DNA of 52,163 nt from a virus: IMG/VR virus record IMGVR_UViG_3300025888_000001. One strand, given 5' to 3'. Under the pieces are notes generated by a model, which did no database searches, had not been told where the DNA came from, and saw nothing but the letters and a program-made list of their open reading frames with translations. Below, one piece after another: positions 1 to 9,236 of the stretch; positions within the stretch are counted from its first letter, which is position 1; every line of letters begins with the position of its first letter. Position numbers and translations under genes: made by a program.

Positions 1-127
1 AAATACTCAATTTCAAGCATCTATAAGGGTAAATAAAAAGAATATAAGTCTAGGTTATTATAAAACTCCTGAAGATGCTGCTCGTGCCAGAGATAGGGCA
101 TCTATAAAATACTTTGGTGAATTTGCA
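1..127. repeat. 127-bp terminal direct repeat, identical to 52037..52163. Most likely the assembly overlap of a circular or circularly permuted genome.
   Basis: Read directly: bases 1-127 equal 52037-52163. The HNH-AP2 ORF stays in frame across the junction. Confidence 0.9.
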
Positions 128-145
128 AACTTAAATTTTAAATAG
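1..145 (+). CDS. 3' end of an HNH-AP2 homing endonuclease (same gene as 51708..52163, continued across the contig junction)
   Basis: In-frame continuation ...KTPEDAARARDRASIKYFGEFANLNFK, stop TAG at 143-145. AP2-type C-terminus as in the paralogs at 42418 and 46212. Confidence 0.8.
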   Translation, partial: NTQFQASIRVNKKNISLGYYKTPEDAARARDRASIKYFGEFANLNFK

Positions 146-146
146 A

Positions 147-683
147 ATGATACATCCAAACATTTTTAAACCTAAAAACGACTGGAATGTCAGGAGTCTG
201 TATTGTAAGAAATACAATGCTTATCAAGAAATTAACTTGATTACAATTCTTGCAAGGGTATCTGAATTATCTGGGATACCGGTCGAGGTATTAAAATTGA
301 ATACCAGGAAGCGGGATGTTGTCGAGGCCCGGCATATATTTTTCAAAAGGGCCTGCGAGGGAACAAGGGAAACACTTGAAACCATCGGGAAATATGTAGG
401 CAGAGATCACGCAAGCGTCCTTCACGGAGTTAGTCAGGTAAATAATATTAAATATTTATCAGATAGGTATGATGTCTATTTCAATGGCAAAACCCCGGAG
501 GTGAGGATTGTCTCAAAAATAAAGAAATGGGAACTTCATACAAAAAAATATGATGTCGCCAATTATGATAACCTACCAGAGATTAAATTAAACAAACCTG
601 CCAAGCGACCATATGAATACCCGTCTTTCAGGAGTCAGGTCAACACCGTTAAAGCATATTCTTATTCACCAAGCTATCAATAA
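147..683 (+). CDS. DnaA domain IV-like (Bac_DnaA_C) helix-turn-helix protein
   Basis: RKRDVVEARHIFFKRACEGTRETLETIGKYVGRDHASVLHGVSQV matches the DnaA C-terminal pattern R..v.aR.ia.yl...t..sl..IG...g.rDHttVlh. Confidence 0.6.
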   Translation: MIHPNIFKPKNDWNVRSLYCKKYNAYQEINLITILARVSELSGIPVEVLKLNTRKRDVVEARHIFFKRACEGTRETLETIGKYVGRDHASVLHGVSQVNNIKYLSDRYDVYFNGKTPEVRIVSKIKKWELHTKKYDVANYDNLPEIKLNKPAKRPYEYPSFRSQVNTVKAYSYSPSYQ

Positions 684-684
684 C

Positions 685-1212
685 ATGAAAGAGCATCCTA
701 TTTTATTCAGCACTCCTATGGTTCGGGCAATACTAGACGGGAGAAAAACACAGACCAGAAGGATAATGAAGATACAACCCGATTCAAGGGGAACAAGATG
801 TACTAATGTTCATTTTGAAGATTGGCATGGAAGAGAACTGAAATGTAAATATGGATGGGTTGGTGATGTTCTATGGGTGCGTGAAGCATGGTGCACTTCA
901 ACGAAAGGATGGATTTATAAAGCCGATGGCATTGATATCCCTAAATGGAAACCCTCAATTTTCATGCCTAAACGAGCCTGCCGGATCAAACTTCAAATAA
1001 CTGATATTAGAGTTGAAAAACTTTGCGACATAAGCGAAGATAATGCGGTTGCCGAGGGTATTGAAAAAAAAGAGGGGATTTATGATCATGTCCATGGAGG
1101 CATTAATCAGGAACCATCGGATATTTATGCTGAATTGTGGGATAAAATTAACGGCACAGGCTCATGGATTAAAAATCCATGGGTATGGGTAATAGAATTT
1201 AAAAAACTATAA
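685..1212 (+). CDS. Phage protein with an ASCH-like N-terminal motif
   Basis: The internal ATG at 685 follows the upstream stop (681-683). ILFSTPMVRAILDGRKTQTRR is a motif recurrent in ASCH-like phage proteins. Confidence 0.35.
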   Translation: MKEHPILFSTPMVRAILDGRKTQTRRIMKIQPDSRGTRCTNVHFEDWHGRELKCKYGWVGDVLWVREAWCTSTKGWIYKADGIDIPKWKPSIFMPKRACRIKLQITDIRVEKLCDISEDNAVAEGIEKKEGIYDHVHGGINQEPSDIYAELWDKINGTGSWIKNPWVWVIEFKKL

Positions 1213-1217
1213 ATATC

Positions 1218-1538
1218 ATGAGCCTACTATCATTTTTCATTTGTTTCGGAGGTCTGGCAATGTTTTTAGTTGTTGCCGCCTATGGTCTGTCAAAGATGAA
1301 AGCTGCTCGTTTCAATAACGACTGTATTCTCTTTGAGAATCTCATAAAGAACTCCCCTGTCACTCAGGGGGCTTATGCTGAAATAAGCAACGCATATGAT
1401 GAGATTGATTGCCTGAATGACCATGATAAACGGAGAAAGCGGTCTTTATGGCGAACTTGGCAATATAAGTTCAGGGACTTATCGCCTTATACTGTCAAAG
1501 AGGTCAAAAGGGAACTGGTTACTAAAACTGCAAGCTAA
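1218..1538 (+). CDS. Hypothetical membrane-anchored protein
   Basis: N-terminal hydrophobic helix LLSFFICFGGLAMFLVVAAYGL. Co-directional ORF. Confidence 0.5.
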   Translation: MSLLSFFICFGGLAMFLVVAAYGLSKMKAARFNNDCILFENLIKNSPVTQGAYAEISNAYDEIDCLNDHDKRRKRSLWRTWQYKFRDLSPYTVKEVKRELVTKTAS

Positions 1539-1555
1539 CAAGTAAAAGAGAAAGT

Positions 1556-1660
1556 ATGTCAACGACAAATGAAATTAAAAGTATAAAGATAATTCCAATG
1601 TATGAGGCATCAGGAACAAGCCTTCCTATCGGAGTTATTATAATTAAAACAATTAAATAA
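1556..1660 (+). CDS. Small hypothetical protein (34 aa)
   Basis: ATG..TAA ORF that fills the gap between neighbouring genes. Below the ORF-track cutoff. Confidence 0.25.
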   Translation: MSTTNEIKSIKIIPMYEASGTSLPIGVIIIKTIK

Positions 1661-1667
1661 TCTACAT

Positions 1668-1979
1668 ATGAGCAAACAAGAATATTACATTATTTCTTTA
1701 AAGCATACAGAGAAACGAGACGAATACATTACTCTTTGGCGTCCAAATAATGCAGGGTATTGCTATTCAAAAGAAAGTGCAGGAACATATGAAATACCTG
1801 AAAAGGGGTATCATGATTCTGATGACAATATGCCATTATCAGAAGAAAAGGCAGATAAATTGTTTATTATCGCCAATTATGATGGTACAGAAAAACACAT
1901 GATTCCAAATTGTTCGGCAGTCTGGAAGCAATTAGGGATTAAGATAACTAAAAAGGGCGATTTAATAAGATCAATATGA
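1668..1979 (+). CDS. Hypothetical protein
   Basis: ORF in the co-directional array. Its stop overlaps the next start (ATGA). Confidence 0.55.
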   Translation: MSKQEYYIISLKHTEKRDEYITLWRPNNAGYCYSKESAGTYEIPEKGYHDSDDNMPLSEEKADKLFIIANYDGTEKHMIPNCSAVWKQLGIKITKKGDLIRSI

Positions 1980-2818
1980 GCAACGATAAAGAATTGAAAG
2001 CCATTATTCACGAAGTAATTTGGCAATATTGTTACGGTAAGGGAGAAACAGATGCTTTATTTAATTACAAAGATATTGGCGATGCAGCAAAAGAGATAAC
2101 AGAATTGTATTTCCAATCTGAATCCTTTGAGCAGAAACCGAGCGATGAAGATATTAATAATGCAGCAACGAATTATGTTGATGAATTAACATCACAGAAT
2201 GAGTTTACACGTCAACTTGTTTTTAATGCCTACAAGTCAGGCGCAACCGAAATGCCACAGCCGGAGAAGCCAATAGAGAAAGGGGAAACATTAACCGAAT
2301 CAGAACAAGGTGAACTCGCTTATTTAACTGAGCGATTACAAAACGATTCTGCTCGCATGACACAAGAAGAATGGTCAAATCTGGCTGAGTTACGTGACAA
2401 GGGAGCTATTATACAGGTATATGATGAGAATTATTTGAAAAAATGCAGAGATAAAGCAATACTACATATTGAAGATATTAAAGATGTACTTAAAGACGCT
2501 GCCCAGTCCAAGCAGAAAGAGCAGGAGAAGAAAACGGAAGAAGAAATTCAACATGGTATTCCATTCAAATGTCCTGTATGTGGAGAAGCCATACAATATG
2601 GACTTTCAGAGACAAGTAGAAAGTTATTTGCTACATCAAGACTATTTGCAAATCACTCACAGCCGGAGAAACCAAGAGAACTGACAGATGAAGATATTGA
2701 AAAAATAGCCGATACAATGAATTTTGGATCTGGATATATAGGCACAGCAAACAAATTTAATTGGACATTTGGTGCAAAGTGGTATCGTGATCAGTTATCC
2801 CCCAAAGCAAATAAATAA
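1976..2818 (+). CDS. Hypothetical acidic protein with one CxxC motif
   Basis: 280-aa ORF containing FKCPVCGEAIQYG. No family recognised. Confidence 0.55.
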   Translation: MSNDKELKAIIHEVIWQYCYGKGETDALFNYKDIGDAAKEITELYFQSESFEQKPSDEDINNAATNYVDELTSQNEFTRQLVFNAYKSGATEMPQPEKPIEKGETLTESEQGELAYLTERLQNDSARMTQEEWSNLAELRDKGAIIQVYDENYLKKCRDKAILHIEDIKDVLKDAAQSKQKEQEKKTEEEIQHGIPFKCPVCGEAIQYGLSETSRKLFATSRLFANHSQPEKPRELTDEDIEKIADTMNFGSGYIGTANKFNWTFGAKWYRDQLSPKANK

Positions 2819-2832
2819 CTAAAAATACGGAA

Positions 2833-2955
2833 ATGGGAACAGGAAGTGCAATAATTATTTTGTGTATATGGATAATCATAGCTGCTATATTTATTTCTTC
2901 TGCGTTGCATGATATTGCAAAGGCACTAAATGAGATAGCACGTAAAATGAAATAA
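2833..2955 (+). CDS. Small single-pass membrane protein (40 aa)
   Basis: MGTGSAIIILCIWIIIAAIFISSAL... More plausible than the minus-strand ORF 2757..2972 that shadows it. Confidence 0.35.
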   Translation: MGTGSAIIILCIWIIIAAIFISSALHDIAKALNEIARKMK

Positions 2956-2983
2956 GCAACTTGAATAATCAATAACAGAAGAA

Positions 2984-3190
2984 ATGGAAGAACTAGATCC
3001 TAAAGCAAAAGCCTTTATCTTGTGGTTGGATGATCCTAAAAGTCCCTTTGATACAGTTTTTAATGGGACAGACAAGTCACTGCCGCGAATATATTACCGC
3101 AAAGGAATGTCTGATAAGACGTGGATGCTCGAAGATGTTTGGGATCATTGGATTAAAGAAGTTGATAAATATCAATTGAAAATATATTAA
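2984..3190 (+). CDS. Hypothetical protein
   Basis: 68-aa ORF followed by a hairpin plus T-run. Confidence 0.5.
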   Translation: MEELDPKAKAFILWLDDPKSPFDTVFNGTDKSLPRIYYRKGMSDKTWMLEDVWDHWIKEVDKYQLKIY

Positions 3191-3212
3191 TAATCTTTAC
3201 GAAAAATCTCTC

Positions 3213-3238
3213 AAAGGTCGGTAATCCCGGCCTTTTTT
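3213..3238 (+). terminator. Rho-independent terminator closing the early gene block
   Basis: aaaggtcgg / taatc / ccggccttt stem-loop (one G-U pair) followed by tttttt. Confidence 0.6.
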
Positions 3239-3562
3239 GTTGAAAAATACATCATTCGTGGTAAAAACTTCTTATCTATAATGTTTCTAAATAAGGAAAT
3301 CAATTCTAAATTGCCATCGTTTTTCATAGTACTTAGGTTTTAGGGTTCCCAGGGGAGCGATCCAGAAACAAATGATGGTTAATCCCCCTGGTTTTTTAAA
3401 GACAAATGAAATTAGTGAAAAGGTCAATATGATACGCAAACCAAATAAAAAGGCAAAATTAAAGCCTTTTAAAGAAAAGAGTTTGTTTAAAAGACTTGAA
3501 TCAGAAAAGTACAGGAAGATTAACCGAGAGAAAAAGAGAAATGGCTAAAAATAAGTCTTAAT

Positions 3563-3871
3563 ATGTCAAGAGGCGGAAAAACAAGTGGATCATTTAAGAA
3601 AGGCGAAGCGAAAGGTAAACCAAAAGGTGCTTTAAACAGGACAACTAAGCAGTCAAGGGAGTTTCTTGAGTTTATAATGTTTGGGCAGCTCGATAATATG
3701 AATGCTGCTTTAAATACTCTTTACACTAAAGATCAATCTCGCTATTTAGATGCTTGCTCTAAATTATTTGCTTATGTATTACCGAAGAAAACTGATGTTA
3801 CAAGCGACAATAAGCCAATAATTCCGATACTTCCTGCTGTGACAATTAAAAGGCATTCAAATGTTAACTGA
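3563..3871 (+). CDS. Putative terminase small subunit
   Basis: Basic N-terminus GKPKGALNRTTKQSREFLEF. Lies immediately upstream of, and overlapping, the large terminase. Confidence 0.5.
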   Translation: MSRGGKTSGSFKKGEAKGKPKGALNRTTKQSREFLEFIMFGQLDNMNAALNTLYTKDQSRYLDACSKLFAYVLPKKTDVTSDNKPIIPILPAVTIKRHSNVN

Positions 3872-5336
3872 AATATTAGAACAAGAATTTAGTGATCCTC
3901 AAATGGATGTATTTGAGAGTACGGCATCTATTAATTTATTTATGGCTGGGACTGGATCGGGTAAAACACATTTAGATGGTTTAATATCCAAGCAACTTAT
4001 ATCTGAATTTCCTGAATGCAAAGGTGGAATATTTGCAAATACCTACGATCAATTAAATACGGCAACCCTTCTTCGTATTCGTGAATATTGGTCCAGTACA
4101 GGAATGACTGAATGGACAAAAGAGAATCCTTCAGGGGTTTATGTTTCTGGAAAAGAACCCCCAACGTACTGGGAGAAATGCAAGCGCAATTTTGATCGTT
4201 TTAATAATATTATTTCATTTTGTAATGGGGGGTTAATATTTACGGGTTCATTGGATAATGCCATTATGCATTCTGGAAAAGAAATGGCATGGTGCTTGCT
4301 AGACGAGACAAAGGATTCTAAGGAAGAAGACGTAAAAGAAGTTATACTTACGAGACTTCGTCAACCCGGAATGTACTTGGTAAATGGCGAAATACTTAAT
4401 CGTGGAAATCAGTCACAACAGTGGAATCCTTTATATATCTCAACTTCTCCAGCAAAAACTCCGTGGATTTCGGAATGGTTTGAACTAGAAAAATATATTA
4501 TAGAGATTTCATCATTAATCTTCTCGGATAAGACATATTTTAAAAAACAAATTGGCAATAAATTTGTAACGATATCATCTACTTATCATAATGTTCGTAA
4601 CGTGGGGGAGAATTACATTGATAATATTTTAGCCAATAATACAAAAGAAAAGGGGAAGGCTTTGATATATGGCCATCCTTTCGCGGTAACTGGAGGAGAA
4701 TTTTATTCATCATTTGATCGTTTAAAACATGTAATCAAAGCGAAATACGATCCTGATTTGCCATTGCACTTATCATTTGACCAAAATACTGTTCCTTACA
4801 ATTCATGCGGAATATCTCAGGTTAAAAAGGTTGGCAATGATTGGCATTGCACGTTTATAGATGAAATAGCACTGGAAAACCCCCGTAACTCTACCCAGGA
4901 AGTTTGTGAGGAGTTCAAAATGCGATACCCGAATCATAAATCAGGATTGTTTTATTACGGTGATGCTTCAGGGAAGAACCGGTCAACGATGAATAAAGAC
5001 TTTCAGCATCATTATGCTATTGTAGCTTTTGAACTCAGGAAATATCTTAATAACAATTCAGACAGGACTCTTTTCAGTAATCCTTCACTGGTTAAAAGAC
5101 GAGACTTTATGAATCTGATCTTTGAGGAGAAAAAACCTATTAGGATCTTCTTTGATGAAAGCTGTAAAAAGATGATTGCTGATATGATGTACACTAAACA
5201 GGCTCTGGATGGCGGGAAAGATAAGCACATCGTTACCGATAAAGACTCAGGAGAGAAGTATCAAAAATACGGTCATATGGGAGATTTAATAGAGTATCAA
5301 TGCGTTGAACTATTTAAAAACTATTATGATGGTTAA
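3861..5336 (+). CDS. terL: Terminase large subunit
   Basis: Walker A FMAGTGSGKTH, Walker B-like CLLDETKD, 491 aa. Position upstream of the portal. Confidence 0.85.
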   Translation: MLTEILEQEFSDPQMDVFESTASINLFMAGTGSGKTHLDGLISKQLISEFPECKGGIFANTYDQLNTATLLRIREYWSSTGMTEWTKENPSGVYVSGKEPPTYWEKCKRNFDRFNNIISFCNGGLIFTGSLDNAIMHSGKEMAWCLLDETKDSKEEDVKEVILTRLRQPGMYLVNGEILNRGNQSQQWNPLYISTSPAKTPWISEWFELEKYIIEISSLIFSDKTYFKKQIGNKFVTISSTYHNVRNVGENYIDNILANNTKEKGKALIYGHPFAVTGGEFYSSFDRLKHVIKAKYDPDLPLHLSFDQNTVPYNSCGISQVKKVGNDWHCTFIDEIALENPRNSTQEVCEEFKMRYPNHKSGLFYYGDASGKNRSTMNKDFQHHYAIVAFELRKYLNNNSDRTLFSNPSLVKRRDFMNLIFEEKKPIRIFFDESCKKMIADMMYTKQALDGGKDKHIVTDKDSGEKYQKYGHMGDLIEYQCVELFKNYYDG

Positions 5337-5514
5337 CACTTGTAGTTTAATATTGGGAACTAAATATGATGGTCCTGTAGGTATTTGGTACAGATGTTCA
5401 ACTTGTGAAAAACAATTTCATATACCTGATTTTGATGAAAATAGTATAGAAACTGAGGTATTTAAATTTTGTCCGTATTGTGGGAAGAAAGTTAATAAGG
5501 TAATTAATGGTTAA
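5326..5514 (+). CDS. Small zinc-ribbon protein
   Basis: CSTCEKQ...CPYCGKK (two CxxC pairs). Start is ambiguous (5305, 5326 or 5329). Confidence 0.45.
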   Translation: MMVNTCSLILGTKYDGPVGIWYRCSTCEKQFHIPDFDENSIETEVFKFCPYCGKKVNKVING

Positions 5515-5713
5515 AATTTTAAAGATCATATTCGGAAGCCTGATTGTAGATACGCTCTTCTGGTTTATTACAGTTGGTTTGTTTATAGCATGGATTGTAA
5601 ACGGAAATAACAATTTTACAGGGTTCCTGCTTTTAGTTGCAGGATATGTATTTTTCAATATATACAACAAAACAAGAGTAATTATTAATATTAAATTAAA
5701 AGGAGGAAATTAA
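5507..5713 (+). CDS. Small membrane protein (2 TM)
   Basis: Two hydrophobic stretches: LFWFITVGLFIAWIV and FTGFLLLVAGYVFF. Confidence 0.45.
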   Translation: MVKILKIIFGSLIVDTLFWFITVGLFIAWIVNGNNNFTGFLLLVAGYVFFNIYNKTRVIINIKLKGGN

Positions 5714-5714
5714 G

Positions 5715-5906
5715 ATGGGAGCACCTAGAGGAAATCGGAATGCAGCGGGATCACACGGAAAAGGAGCAGGCAGGACAAGGGGAAAAGGTAAATTACATAG
5801 ATTGAGATTTACTCCAACAGGAGGGGTCGGCACATTTGTCGGATACGTAAAGAACCCTAAAAAAATGCCTAAACAATTTAAAGGCATGAGATTTACCAAA
5901 GCATAA
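5715..5906 (+). CDS. Small basic protein with a GAPRGNRNA motif
   Basis: aaggagg lies upstream of the ATG. The N-terminal GAPxGNxNA motif is seen in various small phage packaging-associated proteins. Confidence 0.4.
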   Translation: MGAPRGNRNAAGSHGKGAGRTRGKGKLHRLRFTPTGGVGTFVGYVKNPKKMPKQFKGMRFTKA

Positions 5907-5911
5907 CTATC

Positions 5912-6121
5912 ATGGATATTTTAGATATTATAAAAAATGCAGATGACGACGAATTAGCTGCAAAAAGAATAATATTTTTTATAAATGAGTTAATAAAAAA
6001 TACATTAACTGATTATACGAAATATTTAGTAAAAAATAGTTATTGTGATAGTGATGTTTATGAGGAGCCTACCGCAATAGACAGATTTTTAATATTAGAT
6101 AAACAAAAAGAAAATGGATAA
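5912..6121 (+). CDS. Hypothetical protein
   Basis: 69-aa ORF that overlaps the portal start. Confidence 0.45.
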   Translation: MDILDIIKNADDDELAAKRIIFFINELIKNTLTDYTKYLVKNSYCDSDVYEEPTAIDRFLILDKQKENG

Positions 6122-7898
6122 AGTTGACGGGTTAGAATTACTGAAAACGGTAATTGATAAAGAATTAAAACATCAGGACTATGAGCGAGTGACTGAACTT
6201 GCTGATAAATACTACAAGATGAAGACCGGTGATGATATTACTGATCTTCTTGTAAAGATTGTAACCAGGGAAACAGAGGAAGAATTTGAACAACGTGAGA
6301 ACATCTCAAAGTCCGTTGTGCCTTCGATACTTAATTCTACACAACTGCCATTTCAGAAAGCAGTCAGGAAACAGCCACTACTGAGGGAAATACTTTACAA
6401 AGGATCAGATAATAAAAAAGAACTTGAGTTGATTCTCGGTAAGTACTGGGGGGAGAAGTCAATTGAGGAGTATCTTGAATACTCAATCATTGACTATAAC
6501 TACATTGATCCTAATGCCTTTCTGATTACTGAGTTTGAGGCTTTTAATTCTGATATTGAGAAAGCCAAACCCTATCCTTTCGTTGCTACATCAGAGGATG
6601 CAATAATGTTTGAATTTAAGAATGAAATACTTCAGTATCTTATTGTCCGACTCCCAATTAAGTTTATGGAGAAAGAAACTGAACGCGATGGCTCTAAATT
6701 TACAATGTATTTAGGTCCAGACACAATTCAGCTAACTCAGGTTGCAACTGATTACACTATTCAGAGTGGCGAAACAGTTATTAAGATCAAGGAAGATTTC
6801 TATTTATATCAGGAGTTTGAGCCTAAGGCATCGAAAGTCCCTGCTCAGAGATTTGGTTATCTTCGTGATCCGGAAACAAAAGGACGGACATTCGTATCTG
6901 TATTTCATTGCATAATTCTACTTCTTGAGAAGTTAATGAAATCTGACTCAGAACTTGATCTTTCAACAGCAATGACTGCTTTCCCTCAGAGGTTTGCTTA
7001 TGTTGATAAATGTTCAAATCCTGATTGTGCCGGTGGTCATCTTCTTGATGGTAAAACAATCTGCGGAACATGTAACGGAACGGGGATGCAACCTTTACAT
7101 AGTGGAGTTAAGGATGTTGTTACGCTTGCACTTCCTCGAAACCCGGCTGAAATGATTGATCTTGAAAAGATGCTCGTTTATAAAGCCCCTCCTGTCGAAC
7201 TCTTGACTTTTAGTAAGGATTACATTGATTATCTTCGGGTATTGGTTCATACAATGATGTTTAATAACGAGATCGCAACACGTTCAGAGACAGCGACAGC
7301 GGTAACAGCAACCGAGATGAACTTCGGAACCGATAATATGAACGATACTCTTTACCCATTCGCACGTAATTATTCAAGTCTTTGGGAGTTTGTTGTTCAG
7401 GATGTTGCAACATTTACGGATTTAGGTGAAGGGTTAACACTTCATCATGAGTTCCCTAATGACTTTAAAATGAAGGGCATTCTTGAACTTGCAACTGAGT
7501 TAAAGGCTTTCAAAGATGCAGGAGCGTCAACTTCAACTATATCAGCCGTTGAAGATGATATAAACGAAATACTCTACTCCGACCGTCCGGGTGATCTTAA
7601 AAAGATTCAGGTCAAGTCTCAAATGAATCCTTTCAGGGGTTACTCTGAAGCAAATGTCAGGCTTTTGATCTCACAAGGCATGACAACTGATTACTATGCT
7701 ACTCTATGGGCAAACCTTGAGGTTGTGTTCAATCAACTTGAAGGTGAGTTTCCTGATATTTATAACATGAATCCTGCGGTGATTAATGAGAAAGTCAAAG
7801 CAAAGACTTTAGAGATCATGGCAGAGATGAAAGCCTCGGCAGATTTAGCAGCAAAACGGGCAGCGTTAAGTAATCCATTTCAACCAGCATTAAACTAA
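6114..7898 (+). CDS. Putative portal protein with an embedded Cys4 zinc-finger-like motif
   Basis: 594 aa, the first large gene after terL. Contains CSNPDC-x12-CGTCNGTG. Confidence 0.6.
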   Translation: MDKVDGLELLKTVIDKELKHQDYERVTELADKYYKMKTGDDITDLLVKIVTRETEEEFEQRENISKSVVPSILNSTQLPFQKAVRKQPLLREILYKGSDNKKELELILGKYWGEKSIEEYLEYSIIDYNYIDPNAFLITEFEAFNSDIEKAKPYPFVATSEDAIMFEFKNEILQYLIVRLPIKFMEKETERDGSKFTMYLGPDTIQLTQVATDYTIQSGETVIKIKEDFYLYQEFEPKASKVPAQRFGYLRDPETKGRTFVSVFHCIILLLEKLMKSDSELDLSTAMTAFPQRFAYVDKCSNPDCAGGHLLDGKTICGTCNGTGMQPLHSGVKDVVTLALPRNPAEMIDLEKMLVYKAPPVELLTFSKDYIDYLRVLVHTMMFNNEIATRSETATAVTATEMNFGTDNMNDTLYPFARNYSSLWEFVVQDVATFTDLGEGLTLHHEFPNDFKMKGILELATELKAFKDAGASTSTISAVEDDINEILYSDRPGDLKKIQVKSQMNPFRGYSEANVRLLISQGMTTDYYATLWANLEVVFNQLEGEFPDIYNMNPAVINEKVKAKTLEIMAEMKASADLAAKRAALSNPFQPALN

Positions 7899-8488
7899 TG
7901 CGCTTTAGTGTCATAATGCCCTCGCGACTCATTCCATACAAAGGAAGTTGTCAATTTCCTGAAAAGAAAATCATCAGGGCAATTCAATCTGTACTAAATC
8001 AATCGTTTAGAGATTTTGAGTTGATTGTTATTGCTGATGATTGTCTTAAAACAAAGAACATAGTTACAAAACTATTTCCAGAGGTTATATTATTAGAATG
8101 CAAACACAAAGCATTATTTGACAACCTTCCCCGGAATACAGGTATTGAGAATGCGAAAGGCGATTACATTATTTACATTGATGTTGATGATTATTGGGGT
8201 CCAGATCATTTGGCAATTATCGAAAAGAATTTGAATGATCATGACTGGGTCTGGTATAATGACATTATTTTCAATGGCGAATGGATTGAACGTGCCTGTA
8301 ATATCAAAGCTATGGGAGGATGTGGAACATCAAATGTCTGCTATAAACGAAGCCTGAACCTTAAATGGGACAGACCGGGATATGCTCATGACTTCTATTT
8401 CAATCAGAAGTTACTCAGATTTAAAGGTGCAAAGATTGAAACACCTGAATACTTTGTTTGTCACATACCATCTGTATATGACTGTTAG
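7898..8488 (+). CDS. Glycosyltransferase family 2
   Basis: FSVIMPSR..., NQSFRDFELIVIADDC, RNTGIENAKGDYIIYIDVDDYW (DxD). TAATG overlap with the portal stop. Confidence 0.7.
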   Translation: MRFSVIMPSRLIPYKGSCQFPEKKIIRAIQSVLNQSFRDFELIVIADDCLKTKNIVTKLFPEVILLECKHKALFDNLPRNTGIENAKGDYIIYIDVDDYWGPDHLAIIEKNLNDHDWVWYNDIIFNGEWIERACNIKAMGGCGTSNVCYKRSLNLKWDRPGYAHDFYFNQKLLRFKGAKIETPEYFVCHIPSVYDC

Positions 8489-9236
8489 TGATACACATAG
8501 AAATAAATATGCCAGAAAGTGGTATGCTGCTAATAAAGAAAGAATATTAGCTAAGAATAGAAAACATATTAAAACTGCCGAACAAAAAGAAGCTCATAAA
8601 ATAGCGTCGCAAAAATATTATAAGAACAATAAAATAAAATGTCGTGAATCATCGAAGAGATGGAAGGAATTATATTTTTTAAGAGAAATTAGACCAGCGA
8701 AAAATTTAACAGATGAAGAGATACTACAAAATAAGAGAAAATCTAATAAATTATGGAGAGATAAAAATAAGCAACTAAACAAAGAGAAGGATAGATTAAA
8801 ATATCTCAGAAGAAAACCAATTATTCAGCAACGAAATAAAGAGAATAGGGAAGTAATAAATAAAAAATATCTTGAGCATACTAATAAACGATTTAAGTCT
8901 GATCCTTTATTTAAATTAAGTAGAAACGTGCCAAAACTTTTAAGAATATCTATTAAAAGAGCTGGGTTCTCGAAGAAATCTAAAACATATCAAATATTGG
9001 GATGTACATTTGAAGAGTTTAAAACACATATTGAGAACAAATTTGAACACTGGATGAATTGGGATAATTATGGCAAATACGACGGATCGATTGGATATGG
9101 ATGGGAGTTCGATCATATCATTCCTGTTTCTTCTGCGACATCCGAAGAGGAAATAATAAAATTAAACCATTATTCAAACTTTCAGCCATTAGATGGATTT
9201 ACAAATCGCTATATAAAACGAAATAAGGTAGCATGA
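8478..9236 (+). CDS. HNH endonuclease with a Lys/Arg-rich repeat N-terminal region
   Basis: C-terminal WEFDHIIPVSS...NFQPL...N..K (HNH). N-terminal repeated K..YY..NK... motif. KSDPLFKLSRN is shared with 13521..13979. Confidence 0.6.
   Translation: MTVSDTHRNKYARKWYAANKERILAKNRKHIKTAEQKEAHKIASQKYYKNNKIKCRESSKRWKELYFLREIRPAKNLTDEEILQNKRKSNKLWRDKNKQLNKEKDRLKYLRRKPIIQQRNKENREVINKKYLEHTNKRFKSDPLFKLSRNVPKLLRISIKRAGFSKKSKTYQILGCTFEEFKTHIENKFEHWMNWDNYGKYDGSIGYGWEFDHIIPVSSATSEEEIIKLNHYSNFQPLDGFTNRYIKRNKVA

Noticed and set aside
1-127. The 127-bp end repeat as a genuine physical direct terminal repeat of the virion DNA.
   Set aside because: A length of exactly 127 is typical of a k-mer-sized assembly overlap of a circular graph. 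An ORF runs through it in frame, and no cos- or DTR-like features are visible. Read-termini analysis would be needed to say more.
2469-2684. Alternative-frame + strand ORFs nested in longer genes (2469-2684, 32289-32573, 41304-41495, 44860-45081, 45976-46194).
   Set aside because: They sit inside better-supported genes, have no motifs, and their composition is consistent with off-frame translation. The exception is 24580-24858, which is explained by the -1 frameshift.
3372-3548. A 58-aa basic ORF in the gap upstream of the small terminase gene.
   Set aside because: Its 5' end overlaps a ccagggg...ccccctgg hairpin with a T-run (3349-3397), and it shows low-complexity Lys-rich composition. Coding status cannot be supported from sequence alone.
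5715-5906. A second small terminase subunit, on the basis of the GAPRGNRNA motif.
   Set aside because: It is only 63 aa, lies downstream of terL, and the motif alone is not diagnostic. Kept as a hypothetical basic protein.
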